64,000 bases of DNA. It comes from an uncultured virus (IMG/VR IMGVR_UViG_2695420507_000016). Its lineage: Duplodnaviria; Heunggongvirae; Uroviricota; Caudoviricetes. Made by a program: the position numbers and the translations under genes. Below are positions 20,801 through 31,900 of this stretch, piece by piece (position 1 is the stretch's first letter; every line of letters begins with the position of its first letter). The notes under the pieces are model-generated. The model was not told the DNA's origin. It made no database searches and saw only the letters and a program-made list of their open reading frames with translations. Location of the stretch: the IMG/VR virus record IMGVR_UViG_2695420507_000016; one strand, 5' to 3'.

Positions 20801-21690
20801 GCAGCTCTAACTGATTTAGCAGATTGTACAATTGATCGATCTCTTGCTCGTTTAAGAGATGATCTCTTACCAGATAGTTCACCGCCTCCGCTGCTGTTAA
20901 TCCGGTTAGTATTGGCTCTACTATTTCCATCTGAAGATTCATTTCTTGGATTTCGGACGCTAGATAAACTTGCATCATCACTTTTTGATAAGCCAGAATT
21001 ACTGTCTCGGAGTACCCCAATTTCTCCATCATTTCTGATTGCTTCTGAAGCCTCAAATTCATCATTTCCTGATCCAGTTGTAGAAACAATTGGTCCTCTG
21101 GATCTGAGACGAAATTCGCCAACTGATTCCACATCTGAATTGGTATTTGATACATGTAAGAATAATCCTTTTACAAGTTGCTGATCTTCTGAAAGAAGAG
21201 AGTCTGGAATAGCTTTAAGATGTTTTGAGCGTACAAGAATTTCACCCTGATAATAAAAGGCATAGGGGTCAAACTCTTTAGCTTTGGTTAATTTGATGCC
21301 TTTAAGACCAATAACCTGTAGTGTTTTATTCTTTTTAGTGGTGTATGGCTTCAGCTCTTTATCGCAAGCAAAAAGACTGACAATAGTCTCTAGCTGTTCA
21401 ATAACATTTCTGGAACTGTTATTAAGGTGTTGGATAACTGATTCATCAATGTTTTTGATAGCCTCGTTATATAAGACTTCAATAACTTCATCCAATTTTG
21501 GAAAGTCACTTTCTTGACGGGCAAAAGCTAAAGCTTGCTTTGCTACAGACAAGTTAAGTTCTATTTGCTTATGGATTATAAGAAGGAAAAATCGAGCAAT
21601 ATTGCTCTGATAATGCATGAAATCAATCATGTAATAAATCGCAACCAATACTGTGTCTTTAGTGATTGGTTTGAGCTTTAAGATGGACAT
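17860..21690 (-). CDS. DarB-like SF2 helicase / DNA methyltransferase fusion
   Basis: GTGTGKT, IDEAH, LSATP, QTEGRIYR; C-terminal EPSAGDG and MNPPF. Confidence 0.85.
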   Translation of the reverse strand: MSILKLKPITKDTVLVAIYYMIDFMHYQSNIARFFLLIIHKQIELNLSVAKQALAFARQESDFPKLDEVIEVLYNEAIKNIDESVIQHLNNSSRNVIEQLETIVSLFACDKELKPYTTKKNKTLQVIGLKGIKLTKAKEFDPYAFYYQGEILVRSKHLKAIPDSLLSEDQQLVKGLFLHVSNTNSDVESVGEFRLRSRGPIVSTTGSGNDEFEASEAIRNDGEIGVLRDSNSGLSKSDDASLSSVRNPRNESSDGNSRANTNRINSSGGGELSGKRSSLKRARDRSIVQSAKSVRAAIDEKLEAQLKADNVETIWSDASNIDAALPYLQPAQRGDVLKTEKRLIEENKKGILFTNGTGTGKTFTGLGVAKRFINAGLKNILIVTLNDKIANDFVKSSSPLNIKAYKLKSIKENGGEDHSVVVTTFANFGQNKSLVHKHWDLILIDEAHTLSQSSDGKATAALNKLRALTGHLHGFSEWFEDKFAEQMPIEEFDENGKETEQYLSAYNKMQVLRNEQRKIWNLNWKHQKSKVKVVFLSATPFSYHFSLDWAEGYLFDYMSPSVSVDDQGNLAEGFSKAREHFYMGNLGYRKRYGKLTRPEAKVDTGVLERQFAENLKNTGAMSGRDLEVNFDYDRKFILIGSRVGELIDEGLTYLRNGYKEIEGHKTRTFEEWAAQTGKPTTGWGRHASMQEYDRLFTGNRFKNIYEIIAKRFDYLARRRLLEAIKAEACVDMVKKHLALGRKVVIFHDYNEGGGFAPFLISKLDIEKYESPLREDIELEYNAFKENRPDLVNLNLDYDSPVETLKNAFPNALLFNGRLSKQQRETNVALFNTDDSGHDILILQSDAGSTGISLHDTTGKHQRVLINIGQPTKPAKLRQTEGRIYRTGQASNAIQRYLTTGTAWERAAFADTIAGRAETVDNFAKGADAVVSIKEALIQAYEEAKYEEPSLNDGIGGKAYDEENARIAKLTPFDQALTFYYTKGKRSESRDNREGKEWYATPEPLGFKMIEWAGVHTGDSVLEPSAGDGAIGRFVPQDVELTMIEPTESLASRAQMANTGAKVIVDTFESLESLNKYHAIVMNPPFGHAGTLAIQHIKKAFGHLYDGGRIVALVPRGTMDSKVDEFIESTPGAILTAEIWLPQSTFKNAGTAVSTRIIIIEKHAGSNDVPVTRELDFTHLTSVEDLFSEIRDIAMPPRKLRIDEQLAKYDLYVRTERSKYVFNGDGVDKPQIKNIMLKFWGSEVNEFDEIVMPYNKSAEIIKKIDEFEQENSINLAA

Positions 21691-21721
21691 ATATCCCTCA
21701 ACATAGGAACTTTACATTCCT

Positions 21722-21762
21722 ATGTTGAATGATCGTAAGTATCTAATTTTTAGTAGGTTCCA
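21722..21762 (-). promoter_or_regulatory. Late promoter motif with RBS-occluding hairpin
   Basis: TGGAAC-N29-CAACAT; 12-bp stem TCAACATAGGAA/TTCCTATGTTGA. Confidence 0.75.
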
Positions 21763-21765
21763 GAT

Positions 21766-23277
21766 CTAAACTTCTAATTCTTCAAAAAGAATGTCATTAA
21801 TTTTGTTCCCTTCTTGATTTTCCTTGTCATTACTTTGATCAATTTTAACTTTCAAAGCACTGTGGAAACGTTCAGCCCCCTCTTTCGTTAATCGAATTAT
21901 TTTAGGACTACTTGAACTGCTGGAATCTACCAAGGAATCGTACATTTGCACACTAATGAAATCATCACCAAGCACTTGTTGTGCATATTGGATAGCATCT
22001 TTTACACTTACTGGTTCAGGTTCACCAAACAAGCCTACATTACTACTATCTAAAGCCTGTTTCTCTGCAAATTCAGCTAATGCTTTAAATAACATACTCA
22101 TTTTTTTTGAACTGCGGCTATTCTTGGCGAGAAATACGGCGAGCTCAGCAACACCTTCTCCTAGATCCTCAAAAAGCCCTTGCTGCTTTACAAACTCAAC
22201 AATATCTTGATCATTTTGCTTTGCAGATAAAATTGTATTTGCTGCATCAATAATTGCATTAGCAACACGTTGATCAATGGCTTGCTCCATTCCATCAACG
22301 ATTTGATCTGATATATCTTGAACATTTCCACGACTTATAGCTTGCGCTTCAATAAATTTAGGCGCAGCAACACCAAGCGCATTAAGCATATTTTGAAGAT
22401 CTGGTTTTGTATGATCAGCCATCATTTCTAGCAAACGATCATCATTGTACGCTTTACTAAAAATTGCGGCCTTGATTCTGTTTATCAGTGCTTGTGTTGG
22501 TTTTTTATCTTTCGTTGTGTACTGGGCAGCTTCTGTATCACCTAATTTACTTAAAAAACCTTGAATAAACTTTTGATTACTTACTGCTAATAAATCGCCA
22601 TCTTCACTCGGATTAAAAAGTGCCAGTAAATTCTCATCTAAACGTTTAGCATCAGCTTTAGCACGTTCAGTTGCTGTAAAAGACAACTTATCATCTTGGT
22701 TAGCATCTATTGCAAATTGAGCTCTATCAATCTCGGTTGTACGAATACGTATCAAAATCGGTTGAGCTATTGCTTGGACCTGCTCACTACTAAAGCCAAA
22801 GTAATCGGCTTCATCAATCAACCATTGTTTATACTCATCTGCGGTACCGCGCTCATAGGCAAGCTTGATAGCCATTGTTCGACCATTTCCTGATTCTACA
22901 ACTAAATCATCACCAGTTATCGGTGCTCCCGTGTCTGCCCGACCTGAGCGGCCTAGGCTTTCGGGGTCTAAATCATTAGCAGTTTTCTGTACCCATGCTT
23001 GTGAGGATTCACGACTACGATCTCGTGGCTGCAATTCTTGCGGATAATTAGGGTTTTCCGCACCAGTTGCTGTATGAGATGCAATTACTTGATCAATATC
23101 AACTAAAGCGAATACAGTAGAAATCTTTTGTCCTTTGGCTGTTTTCACATTATTAGTTCTACCCTTCAAAAGCCCAGTAAAGGGCTGTTTAGGTTTAAAG
23201 AAACTAATCATTTGATCAATTACAACTAATGGATTCTTAGCAATATCTTGAGTAGAAATTAGATTTAAAGTTGTCAT
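21766..23277 (-). CDS. DdrB-like ParB-superfamily protein
   Basis: YPQELQPRDRSR...GAPI...VESGNGRTMAI signature. Confidence 0.8.
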   Translation of the reverse strand: MTTLNLISTQDIAKNPLVVIDQMISFFKPKQPFTGLLKGRTNNVKTAKGQKISTVFALVDIDQVIASHTATGAENPNYPQELQPRDRSRESSQAWVQKTANDLDPESLGRSGRADTGAPITGDDLVVESGNGRTMAIKLAYERGTADEYKQWLIDEADYFGFSSEQVQAIAQPILIRIRTTEIDRAQFAIDANQDDKLSFTATERAKADAKRLDENLLALFNPSEDGDLLAVSNQKFIQGFLSKLGDTEAAQYTTKDKKPTQALINRIKAAIFSKAYNDDRLLEMMADHTKPDLQNMLNALGVAAPKFIEAQAISRGNVQDISDQIVDGMEQAIDQRVANAIIDAANTILSAKQNDQDIVEFVKQQGLFEDLGEGVAELAVFLAKNSRSSKKMSMLFKALAEFAEKQALDSSNVGLFGEPEPVSVKDAIQYAQQVLGDDFISVQMYDSLVDSSSSSSPKIIRLTKEGAERFHSALKVKIDQSNDKENQEGNKINDILFEELEV

Positions 23278-25229
23278 TAGATATTCTCCGCTTCCATTTT
23301 TTGCACTTGATTCAAGAGTTCTGTCACCGCTGGAATAAGAAGTGGATCATTTAAGTCTTTTTCTGCTTCATCTCGAATTTGCTCTAATAACTCAAGATTA
23401 ACTTTAACCTGCCCTTCAATTACTGAACGGTAAAGTTGATTACCTTCATCATTTGTCGTACTAGGCTGAAGACCTTCAACTTCTGTCGGAGCATTGAGTT
23501 CTTTAGATTCATCATTATCTGAATTTTGGGCTGGCTCTTTATTACTGAGGCGATCCGCTAAATGTTCATCTGCCCATGCTCTTGAATATTCATAAAATGC
23601 TGTTAAATATTCTGGTGAACCTTCGGCCCCATTCCAGTTTTTTAAGAATTCACCACGGCGATCTGAAACCCAAGCCATAAAGTCTATGTTGTTAGAATCT
23701 TCAGGATTTTCCAAAGTGTCTAACCATGCTTGCATCATTTTGTTTTCAGCTATACCAGCTGTACGTGCTGCTAATACTTCTTCATCTCTTTTTTGTTTAG
23801 CTTCATTTTCGGCATCAATAAGTTTTTTTGCTTCTAATCCTGCTTGCTGTTGAGCCAAAGCCTGGTCATCTAGATCAGAAATCCATTCACGTGCCCAAAC
23901 TACTGCATCAGAATCCCCCTCTAGAGCCTTATTGATACGTTCAAAGAATGCTTGGTAACGTAAACCATCTTCACCTGCCCATTCAGGATCAGCATTTAAA
24001 CGCTTTAAGTCGGCTTTTAAACGTTCGGCTTCTTCATCAGAAATACTATCTGGTAACTCATTATCGAGACTATTCTCTTTAATGATTACTTCATTTTCTT
24101 CAGATTGCTTGGTTAACAATGTATTTTGCAACTGATCCAATTCATTTAATAAATTGGAAATTTCTGCACTTAAAGAATTTAATTGACTTTGTTTTTGCTC
24201 GAGGCGTAGTTCAGCATCTGCTAAAGCCTTGGCCTTTTCTGCTTTTTTAGATTGTAACCGCTTAAAACGATTACTATTTTGGTTAATCAACTTCATAATT
24301 CGACCAGCGAGAACTGGAATTGATATTCCTTCTCCCTGATTAGGCTGAATTGCAGCCGTAATATCCCGATTGTTCATTAAAATCTTCCATGAAATTAATG
24401 AATCTGCTGGACTAATTTTTTTTGATAATCGATCTGGCTTATGAAAAAGGATTGTGAAGTTTTGGCCGTCATCAAAATCATAAGTAAGAGCAATTTGAAG
24501 GACTTTTTTATGCTTAAAGGGCTTACTTTCCGTAACGTTTACGATTTTGACGCCAGTTTTTGAAAACTGATCCATAGAGTGATGCAAAATTGCAGACAGC
24601 TGCTCTAAATGCTGGTAATCAACGATAATAGAGTCATAATGAGCTTCTTCTACGCCTAGACTAGATAAAAGCGTAGGTAACCCATCAAATTTACTTAATA
24701 ATTGGCTGTGATCATCATTTCGTTGCATATCTAATAACAACTTAGAAGTATCACCCTCATGAGAAATTAAATTGATTCCATCCCATTCAGGTTTTTCAGC
24801 TGCTACAACATTTTGTAATTGTTCTAGTTGCCATCTTTGAATCGGTTTTGAACCCGTCAAATTAAATTGTTGTGATGATAAATGGCGCTTAAGTCCAAAT
24901 TGATTTGTTTCAATAACATCTGTAACACTAGCATCAAACATTCGGCCAAATTGCAGTATAGCTAAATCAGCTGCATGCTGGTCATCGATAGCGCCTAATA
25001 CCGCAACAGAATCAAACGCATCTATCCCACCCTTTTTACCTTTTAAATTTACAACACGCCAGAAATCATTTTCCGTGTAATCTTCAGTGACTAAAGCATT
25101 AATTTGACGGTAATCACCCTTAATAAACCCAATTGAACAAGCACCACTATTCACCATGGAGTCAAAACCATGTACTAATCGGCTTTGATGTGGTGCGTGT
25201 GTTTGAATGAAAATTGATTTAACACTCAC
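23277..25229 (-). CDS. DarA-like internal head/antirestriction protein
   Basis: FDDGQNFTILFH...WKILMNNRDIT...N..RF DarA_N-type domain, coiled coil, helical C-terminus; upstream of DdrB-like gene. Confidence 0.7.
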   Translation of the reverse strand: MSVKSIFIQTHAPHQSRLVHGFDSMVNSGACSIGFIKGDYRQINALVTEDYTENDFWRVVNLKGKKGGIDAFDSVAVLGAIDDQHAADLAILQFGRMFDASVTDVIETNQFGLKRHLSSQQFNLTGSKPIQRWQLEQLQNVVAAEKPEWDGINLISHEGDTSKLLLDMQRNDDHSQLLSKFDGLPTLLSSLGVEEAHYDSIIVDYQHLEQLSAILHHSMDQFSKTGVKIVNVTESKPFKHKKVLQIALTYDFDDGQNFTILFHKPDRLSKKISPADSLISWKILMNNRDITAAIQPNQGEGISIPVLAGRIMKLINQNSNRFKRLQSKKAEKAKALADAELRLEQKQSQLNSLSAEISNLLNELDQLQNTLLTKQSEENEVIIKENSLDNELPDSISDEEAERLKADLKRLNADPEWAGEDGLRYQAFFERINKALEGDSDAVVWAREWISDLDDQALAQQQAGLEAKKLIDAENEAKQKRDEEVLAARTAGIAENKMMQAWLDTLENPEDSNNIDFMAWVSDRRGEFLKNWNGAEGSPEYLTAFYEYSRAWADEHLADRLSNKEPAQNSDNDESKELNAPTEVEGLQPSTTNDEGNQLYRSVIEGQVKVNLELLEQIRDEAEKDLNDPLLIPAVTELLNQVQKMEAENI

Positions 25230-25257
25230 GGAGTTATCCTCATTTTAGTTTGAGGAT

Positions 25258-25298
25258 ATTTTCTCAAGTAGGTGAATCTATAAAGGCAATGAGTTCCA
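25258..25298 (-). promoter_or_regulatory. Late promoter motif with RBS-occluding hairpin
   Basis: TGGAAC-N29-GAAAAT; TATCCTCA/TGAGGATA stem covers the SD. Confidence 0.75.
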
Positions 25299-25302
25299 TA
25301 GC

Positions 25303-25956
25303 TTATTTTAAGTTGGGAAACATTTTGATGAAATTTAAAGTAACAATGGCATGCGCTTTATTAGCTGCATCTAGGGGTAAATTTCCGGCTTGAAGTGCTA
25401 CTAAATGCTCAATTGCAAATTGGTTCTGATTTCTTGCAGCCTTATCAAAAGCGTATATTTTTAATCTCATTAAGTACTCTATAGGAGGCGGCTGAGTACC
25501 ATCCTTATTAAACATTATATTTTTTATAGCTTTAGCACTATTCGCAATTGCAGCCTCTTTAGTCTCAATAAATGAAATGCTCAACTCATTTGACGCATTG
25601 CCTGTTACATGGTTGAGTTGAAAGTGCCCCACATGCACTGCATCGGTTTGAGCATCAAGTAGTGATACATCGACATTATTGGCTAACCAAGCAACTTTAT
25701 TTGAAGGATCAAAAATTGGAATATTTGCTTGAGCAATTTTACTGTTTGCATGATAAGGACGAATTTCAATTCCAAAATGGGCAGCTGAAAGTGTCCCTAA
25801 TGCGTAAAGTTCCTGATAATGGGAAACAGCTCGATCCACTGTTAGACCAGACCATAAGACAGGATTCTTAGCAAAACGTTCTTTAAACGGATTTAAAACG
25901 TTTCCCAAACTGTTATTTATAGTTTTATTCTGCGTTTCGTATTCAAAGAAAGCCAT
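25303..25956 (-). CDS. Putative tail-tube-like/tube initiator protein
   Basis: Beta-rich pattern (ELSISFIET), coupled to the portal gene. Confidence 0.45.
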   Translation of the reverse strand: MAFFEYETQNKTINNSLGNVLNPFKERFAKNPVLWSGLTVDRAVSHYQELYALGTLSAAHFGIEIRPYHANSKIAQANIPIFDPSNKVAWLANNVDVSLLDAQTDAVHVGHFQLNHVTGNASNELSISFIETKEAAIANSAKAIKNIMFNKDGTQPPPIEYLMRLKIYAFDKAARNQNQFAIEHLVALQAGNLPLDAANKAHAIVTLNFIKMFPNLK

Positions 25957-27509
25957 TATTCTTCATCCTCTGGAAATTTACGGCTCTTAGCAATACTTTC
26001 AGCTAATGTTAATGCTTCCTCATATTTCATACCTGTATCGCGCTCAAGAATGTACGCCATAATATCTACATCTAAATTTGATTCTTTCAATGATGCGATT
26101 ACTTGTGTTTTAAGTAATGTTGTATTCATTCTTGATTGAGCATTATTGATTTCTTCTGTAGCTGCTGCAGTTTGGTTTGAATAGTATTCAACTTGCCAAG
26201 GGTAATCTTCAGGCTCAAATTGTTCGTTGTAAGCAAACCCCCAATCCAAATGAAGAATTTGATTAATCCCTTCGGAAGCTGCTGTTCGAATATCTTGTGA
26301 CCTACGCATGATTTGTGCAGAAGTATGGAATGCTCCACCTTCTCCTATACCACCAGTTAACATATCAGCCCAACCGACCATGCTTGGATCTAGACCAATT
26401 CCGCCCATCAGCAAACGGACATTAATCATGAACTGTTCAATATTAATAGGTGAGCTTCGTTGATTCTTGATATCACCCACTGGATTTAGAACTTGTTTTT
26501 CATCAAATACCGGAAGCATGTGAAAAGCAGTATTCCAAACTGCTTCACCACCTGATAAAGCATCACGGACATAAGCCTCATGATTTTTAAGTAAACCTTC
26601 TAAACCACGGATATAAGCTTGACGTTGTGCTGGTGGCATTCCCGACATATTTACTGTCAAGAACATCTGATTTACGGTATCTGCAATTTGCTGGCTGTTC
26701 ATAGATGCCAAAGCAAGGATTACATCATCATAAATGTCTTCAATTTCGTAAAGGAATGAGCCGCCCAAATGCGCTGGTAAGATAGGTAGCTCATCTGGAT
26801 CATCCCCCTCTAACATTTTCGTGACTAGACCAGTTTCTACAAGCTCATATTGAGCAATATTGCTCATACGGGGCATTTTGAAACGTACCATTTGAATAGT
26901 ATTCAGTTTGGTAATAGTTTTTTGCCAATTACGAGGATCTAAACAAAAAAAGGCGACAGTCTTACTGCCTTGTTCGAACGGTTGTATTAATGGCGGATAT
27001 GTATACTCATTACAAACGAGGTCAATTACACCTTTATCTTTTTTCCCATAAATACGTGCATAGGAATCACCGAAAGAAATAGCATCTCGGGCAAGTTTGC
27101 TTAAATACTTATTGATAAGCTTTTCCATCTTTACACGGCGCTCATCTAGTTGTTTTTTTAGTTTTTCAGCTGCTGGTCCACTGGCCTTTTTCAAGCGTTC
27201 GGCAGGTGTAATAAAGACTTGTTGGCCGCTATAAGAATCTCCGCCTAATGCGGCAGAAACATGAATCCCCATACCCTCTGCGATAGGTGCAAAGCGTAAC
27301 ATTCTCTCCCATTTTGTAAGAATTTCTTTTCTAGTACGTTTTTTATTGGCTTTGGTTTGATTAGTCCCAAGTGAAAACGGAGCCATAGTTTCATATAGCT
27401 GCGCTGTTGCATCCTGATTAGACGTATCGAATTGCTGATCATATGAATTAATATTTTCACCGAGTAACAACGATAAGAACCGAGAAGACATAACTAAGCC
27501 AAAATACAT
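25956..27509 (-). CDS. Portal protein (P1-like)
   Basis: 517 aa; ARDAISFGDSYARI, GGSFLY, GIGLDPSMVG motifs; probable start 27491. Confidence 0.7.
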   Translation of the reverse strand: MYFGLVMSSRFLSLLLGENINSYDQQFDTSNQDATAQLYETMAPFSLGTNQTKANKKRTRKEILTKWERMLRFAPIAEGMGIHVSAALGGDSYSGQQVFITPAERLKKASGPAAEKLKKQLDERRVKMEKLINKYLSKLARDAISFGDSYARIYGKKDKGVIDLVCNEYTYPPLIQPFEQGSKTVAFFCLDPRNWQKTITKLNTIQMVRFKMPRMSNIAQYELVETGLVTKMLEGDDPDELPILPAHLGGSFLYEIEDIYDDVILALASMNSQQIADTVNQMFLTVNMSGMPPAQRQAYIRGLEGLLKNHEAYVRDALSGGEAVWNTAFHMLPVFDEKQVLNPVGDIKNQRSSPINIEQFMINVRLLMGGIGLDPSMVGWADMLTGGIGEGGAFHTSAQIMRRSQDIRTAASEGINQILHLDWGFAYNEQFEPEDYPWQVEYYSNQTAAATEEINNAQSRMNTTLLKTQVIASLKESNLDVDIMAYILERDTGMKYEEALTLAESIAKSRKFPEDEE

Positions 27510-27521
27510 AAATAATTAAGT

Positions 27522-27611
27522 ATTTTGATGGCTGCAAGTTTTCTACTTTTAGATGGGTTCCAAAGTGAATTGGAACCCTACAGATTTCATTAATTAACTG
27601 CATGCAATTCT
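27522..27611. promoter_or_regulatory. Divergent pair of late promoter motifs
   Basis: GGGTTCCA-N8-TGGAACCC; minus strand TGGAAC-N29-CAAAAT, plus strand TGGAAC-N29-AATTCT. Confidence 0.75.
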
Positions 27612-27650
27612 ATCTGAACTTATTTTTTAATCTGTTCAAAGGAAAAGCTC

Positions 27651-27845
27651 ATGGCTGAAGTTAAAGTATTTAACGATTTAGATATCGAATTAGCTCAAAG
27701 AACCAAAGACATTGTAAATGCCCAACGTTTTAACAACCGACCTGCTTTCAAAACATTAAACCTAGGCTGGGACCTTGAAACTGGTTCCATTGCAGTTAAC
27801 TACACTTTTGTAGAAGAACCACAAAGTAATGATCAGCCTGCATAA
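27651..27845 (+). CDS. Small late protein
   Basis: SD AAGGA, own late promoter motif, terminator at about 27864-27890. Confidence 0.7.
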   Translation: MAEVKVFNDLDIELAQRTKDIVNAQRFNNRPAFKTLNLGWDLETGSIAVNYTFVEEPQSNDQPA

Positions 27846-27897
27846 AATGCATTTAAATGGAGAAAGCCCCAATTAAGGGGCTTTCTTTTTATTAAAA

Positions 27898-28662
27898 TTA
27901 ATTAAGAATAGTCGTATCAATTAACAAAGGATAAGGAGCTGTTAATTGATACCAACTATGTGTGTTAACTTCAAAATGATCAAACCATGCATATAATTCA
28001 GGCATCATATGTCCATTAGGGTCAGAGGTGTTTCTACCAATTTGATAAATTTTATTATCTTGATATCCATAGAAAGTTGATACATAAAATTCATCAACAT
28101 CCATAGAAAAACTCCATATAACATCCATACCCTGAAATAATAAAGCCTTATTAGCTATATTTCCTGAATATAAATAATCAACCCCACTAATCTCTTGTAA
28201 ACTAGTTACAATAGTTAAAGGCTTAGCTTGAGATGAAAAAGCTACAGTACCGTCTTCTCTGTAGATTTCTAAACCTACACCAGATGATAAGGGCTGAACC
28301 CTAGTAGAAAATATATATACCTTAGCTGCTGGGGGTTCTTCTATAGTCCATACACCGCCTGTTACTCGCTTACCGTAGTAAACAACAATATCCCAATTAT
28401 CGCCATTAGATTGAATTCCACCAAAAGCACAACTACAGTCATTAATAACTTCTAAAGCAATAACAGGAAGAGGTAAATCAGCTTTTGGAACACTAAGCTT
28501 ACGCATCTTCCCATCAAAACGCCATCTAGGATTAAAACCGGGTAAACTATCAATTAGTACCCCTGATTTAATATCTAAAACAGAATGTAAGTGTAGATTG
28601 CTATAATTACTATCAATTTGAATAGTATTTCTATCATTAACTACTTGAAAACCTGCAGCCAT
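27898..28662 (-). CDS. Tail-tip accessory protein
   Basis: GFQVVND..IQIDSNY and GLEIYREDG repeats typical of genes following J-like fibres. Confidence 0.65.
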   Translation of the reverse strand: MAAGFQVVNDRNTIQIDSNYSNLHLHSVLDIKSGVLIDSLPGFNPRWRFDGKMRKLSVPKADLPLPVIALEVINDCSCAFGGIQSNGDNWDIVVYYGKRVTGGVWTIEEPPAAKVYIFSTRVQPLSSGVGLEIYREDGTVAFSSQAKPLTIVTSLQEISGVDYLYSGNIANKALLFQGMDVIWSFSMDVDEFYVSTFYGYQDNKIYQIGRNTSDPNGHMMPELYAWFDHFEVNTHSWYQLTAPYPLLIDTTILN

Positions 28663-28965
28663 TTAATAAACCCCATAATAGAATCCAGTAACTAGACCTG
28701 CATAGTTAATTGTATTACCTGAAATAGTTAATTTATTGTAGGTCATCTCTGCAAGATTACTTCCATAGCCGGGTAATAAATCGATAATAAAAAATATATT
28801 ACCATTACCAATACTGTCAGTAGGTATTGTTACTGAACCTGAGATACCGGGAGGACTACCACCTTCCACCCTACCAATAAGTCTAGTAATTCGAGTAGTA
28901 GCATCTAATAATATATTCTTAGACTCATCAAATACTTGTAAGCCTTGTGGCATATTGTCCTCCAA
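28663..28965 (-). CDS. Tail-tip accessory protein
   Basis: MPQGLQVFDE...LDATTR...GVY pattern; probable start 28953. Confidence 0.65.
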   Translation of the reverse strand: MEDNMPQGLQVFDESKNILLDATTRITRLIGRVEGGSPPGISGSVTIPTDSIGNGNIFFIIDLLPGYGSNLAEMTYNKLTISGNTINYAGLVTGFYYGVY

Positions 28966-28997
28966 AAATAAAGGGCTAGATAACTAGCCCCTCTTCA

Positions 28998-31900
28998 CTA
29001 CCACAGCCCTAATTTAACCCTGACAACATTATTATCATCGTATACCGTAATTAAACTTCCGCTTAACACCATTCTCGCGCCATTAGGCTTAGTAGGATCC
29101 TTATAGGTCGTTAAAGTTCCCAACTCACCAGCAATCGCGCTCAATTTATCGACTTTAAACAGTTCAGCTGTTAAAGACTTCGCTTTGAAGTTTGCTGCGG
29201 TCAAATTTTTAATAAATACATCACTATTCATAATGACCTGATTGTCTTGAATTATGAACGGCATATATTTAGTAGAAGAAGTACCTGTTGTGAAAAAAAT
29301 TCTATCAGCTTGGAAACCTATAGAAGTTCGGACAGTTCCATTATTTTGTTCACTTACCATGGATAAACCAGAGAAAACACCGTTGTTATCCATTCCCATT
29401 ACGTACTTACCTTTCACACCATCGATCAAATCAGCTTGTGATTTAAGCTTGATAGCATTTTGGCCGTAAACAGAAACCAAAGTTTGTAATGCACCAGCAT
29501 ATGCTCCCACATCAGTTGTATATGTGGTTTTGAAATTTTCAAAATCAGCAATGTTGTCAGCATCTTCAATATCGATAAAGTCTAGATCCACTTCACCAGC
29601 TTTACCGGAATAGTTACCAATGAATACTGGTGTAAAGAAAGCAGCTTTATTAGCAAATGTTTTAGGGCTTAGTAGAGTGCCAGCACCTGCACTTGCACCA
29701 GCAGATCGCCCCTTAAAATAAGCAGTACCGGTTATCCAAGTTCCCAACGCTGGTGCGGTACCTGCGACTAAATAGTGACTTGAACCGATATCATTGATTT
29801 CAGAGTTATCTTGAGCAATATATTTTGTTTTATTGGCGTTTTGACAGGTCGCACCAACATAAACAACTCCGGTACCACTTACACGGCGGAATCTATACTT
29901 AACTCGGTAATATTTATTGTCATCGATAGGCAAAGATGTGAACCAATTTAACCAGGCTTCATCATTACCTACGTTATTACCAATTCTTAGTGCATATCCC
30001 CCACGACAAGTTGCATCTGCAACTAAACTAAGTTCAGGCCTATTCCCACTTGGAGTTTTTACTAACCAATCTTTTTGCCATGTTTCGAGTACTGAAGCCA
30101 TGATCTTTTGACCATTTGCAGAATACAGTGCAGACATTCTTTCTGTTGAAGATGCGATTGCTTCATTCGTCTTGGTAGACGTCATGTAATCACGCTCTAA
30201 TGTTGCTTTTGTAGTAGAAGCTATGTCCTTGGCAGTATCAGCTATTTCTTTAGCCTTCTCCGAGATTGCACGTACTAATGCTTGTCGTGCGTTGTGCACG
30301 TTCGCAAAGTTAGTAATGAACTGGTTTCGGTCAATCGTACTAGTTACATTCATATTTGCGAATAAAGCTGCTAAATATGTATTTAAAGTACTGAATGCCG
30401 TTGCATAGGCAGTAGAAGATATACCATAAGTGACTGCCTCAGCTCGCAAGCTTGCATCAGTTTGATAAAGTGTATCCCAAACCAACTTCGCCTGTTTTTT
30501 CTCAACTGGTGTGAGTTTATTATCAGCTGCAATATCACTTAATTGAGACATTGGAACATCTACTTTGGCTTGTGAACCTGCAGTGGTTTCCATCATTGAA
30601 GTCACTGTAAACGGCGTAACTGACTTATAAACTGATAAATCCGTTTCAATGGCCGCCGTCCAGCCATCTTTAAAGTAATCTGGCGGATTTGTATGAGTAA
30701 TAGTGGCCGACTCAACTGTAATTGCTGGGTAAGACCAAGCATCTTTTTTGGTAATTAAGATACACACCTTATTATTGCTATCTAAAGCTAGAGCCAGGCC
30801 TTTAGTCGTAGCATTATTTTCATCTAAGGTAATACCAAAAGAACGTGACGTCATATTTGGATAAAATGGCACTGTTGACGTATAAGCATAAAATGCCAAA
30901 TCCAGATCGAAAATATTATCTTCTTTGTTATTGTAGTTATAACCAGAAATTTTAACCTTGGTCATGTACGCACCAACTGTAATTGGTGTCTTAATAACCA
31001 ATGTACCCGAAGTAGTGATTGCTTGACGCCAAGTTAAAGGCTTAACGAAAATTTTCCCTGCACCTGAACTCAATGGCTGCACACTCATAGCATTGGTATA
31101 TTCAGAAGTAATTTTCTGTGAAGATGCTGCAATTGCACGCTCAACATTAGTATTTGTTATATCCGCATTCAAAATATAAGCGCCGTTTTTACTGTCTAAT
31201 TTTGAAGACATTTCAGTAAGTTTGGCAGCCCAAGTTTCTTTGAAGTTCGTTAATGTTGATATAGAGTCTGTGGCTGAAGAAACAAAGTCCTGTAAAGTCG
31301 GGTCAGCTGAAGCGTAATCAGTAACGTCATATTGCTCGATTTGGGCTAAGGTCCAAACTAAAGGCGCAGTAGCTGTTGGTGTAGATCCTCCCGCCACATA
31401 AACATGTCCTGAGTTAGAGAAAGAACCTACAGCACCACATTTAATCATTCGAATATATGTTTCGAATTTGCCTGTACCCTCAGTATTGCCAATGAATCGA
31501 TCAATTGCCCCTGTCCCCATTGCGTTACCAGCATTCACCAATTTATATCCAACTGGTAGCTTGATTAAATACTTGATAACAAAAACAGCATTTGCACGGC
31601 CATAAACGAGTTGAACAAATCCACCCCATGTTGGGCTGGCAGCACCAATGGTTTTAATTTCAATTTCATGGGTTGAGGTAGTAGGGTTATCAGAACTTTT
31701 CGCGACTCGAGTAACTGTCACATTCCCATTGCCGGCATTGTTATAGACAGATACACCATTGTTACCTTTTTTGAAATTTACGTCTCCCTGCAACAATTTT
31801 CCATTAGTAATCATCATCGCCAGCATTGTTGTGTTTTCTAATGCGGAACCAAGATTATTTGTACTTGTTTGAAGCTGAGAAATTTCAGTATTTCTAAGTG

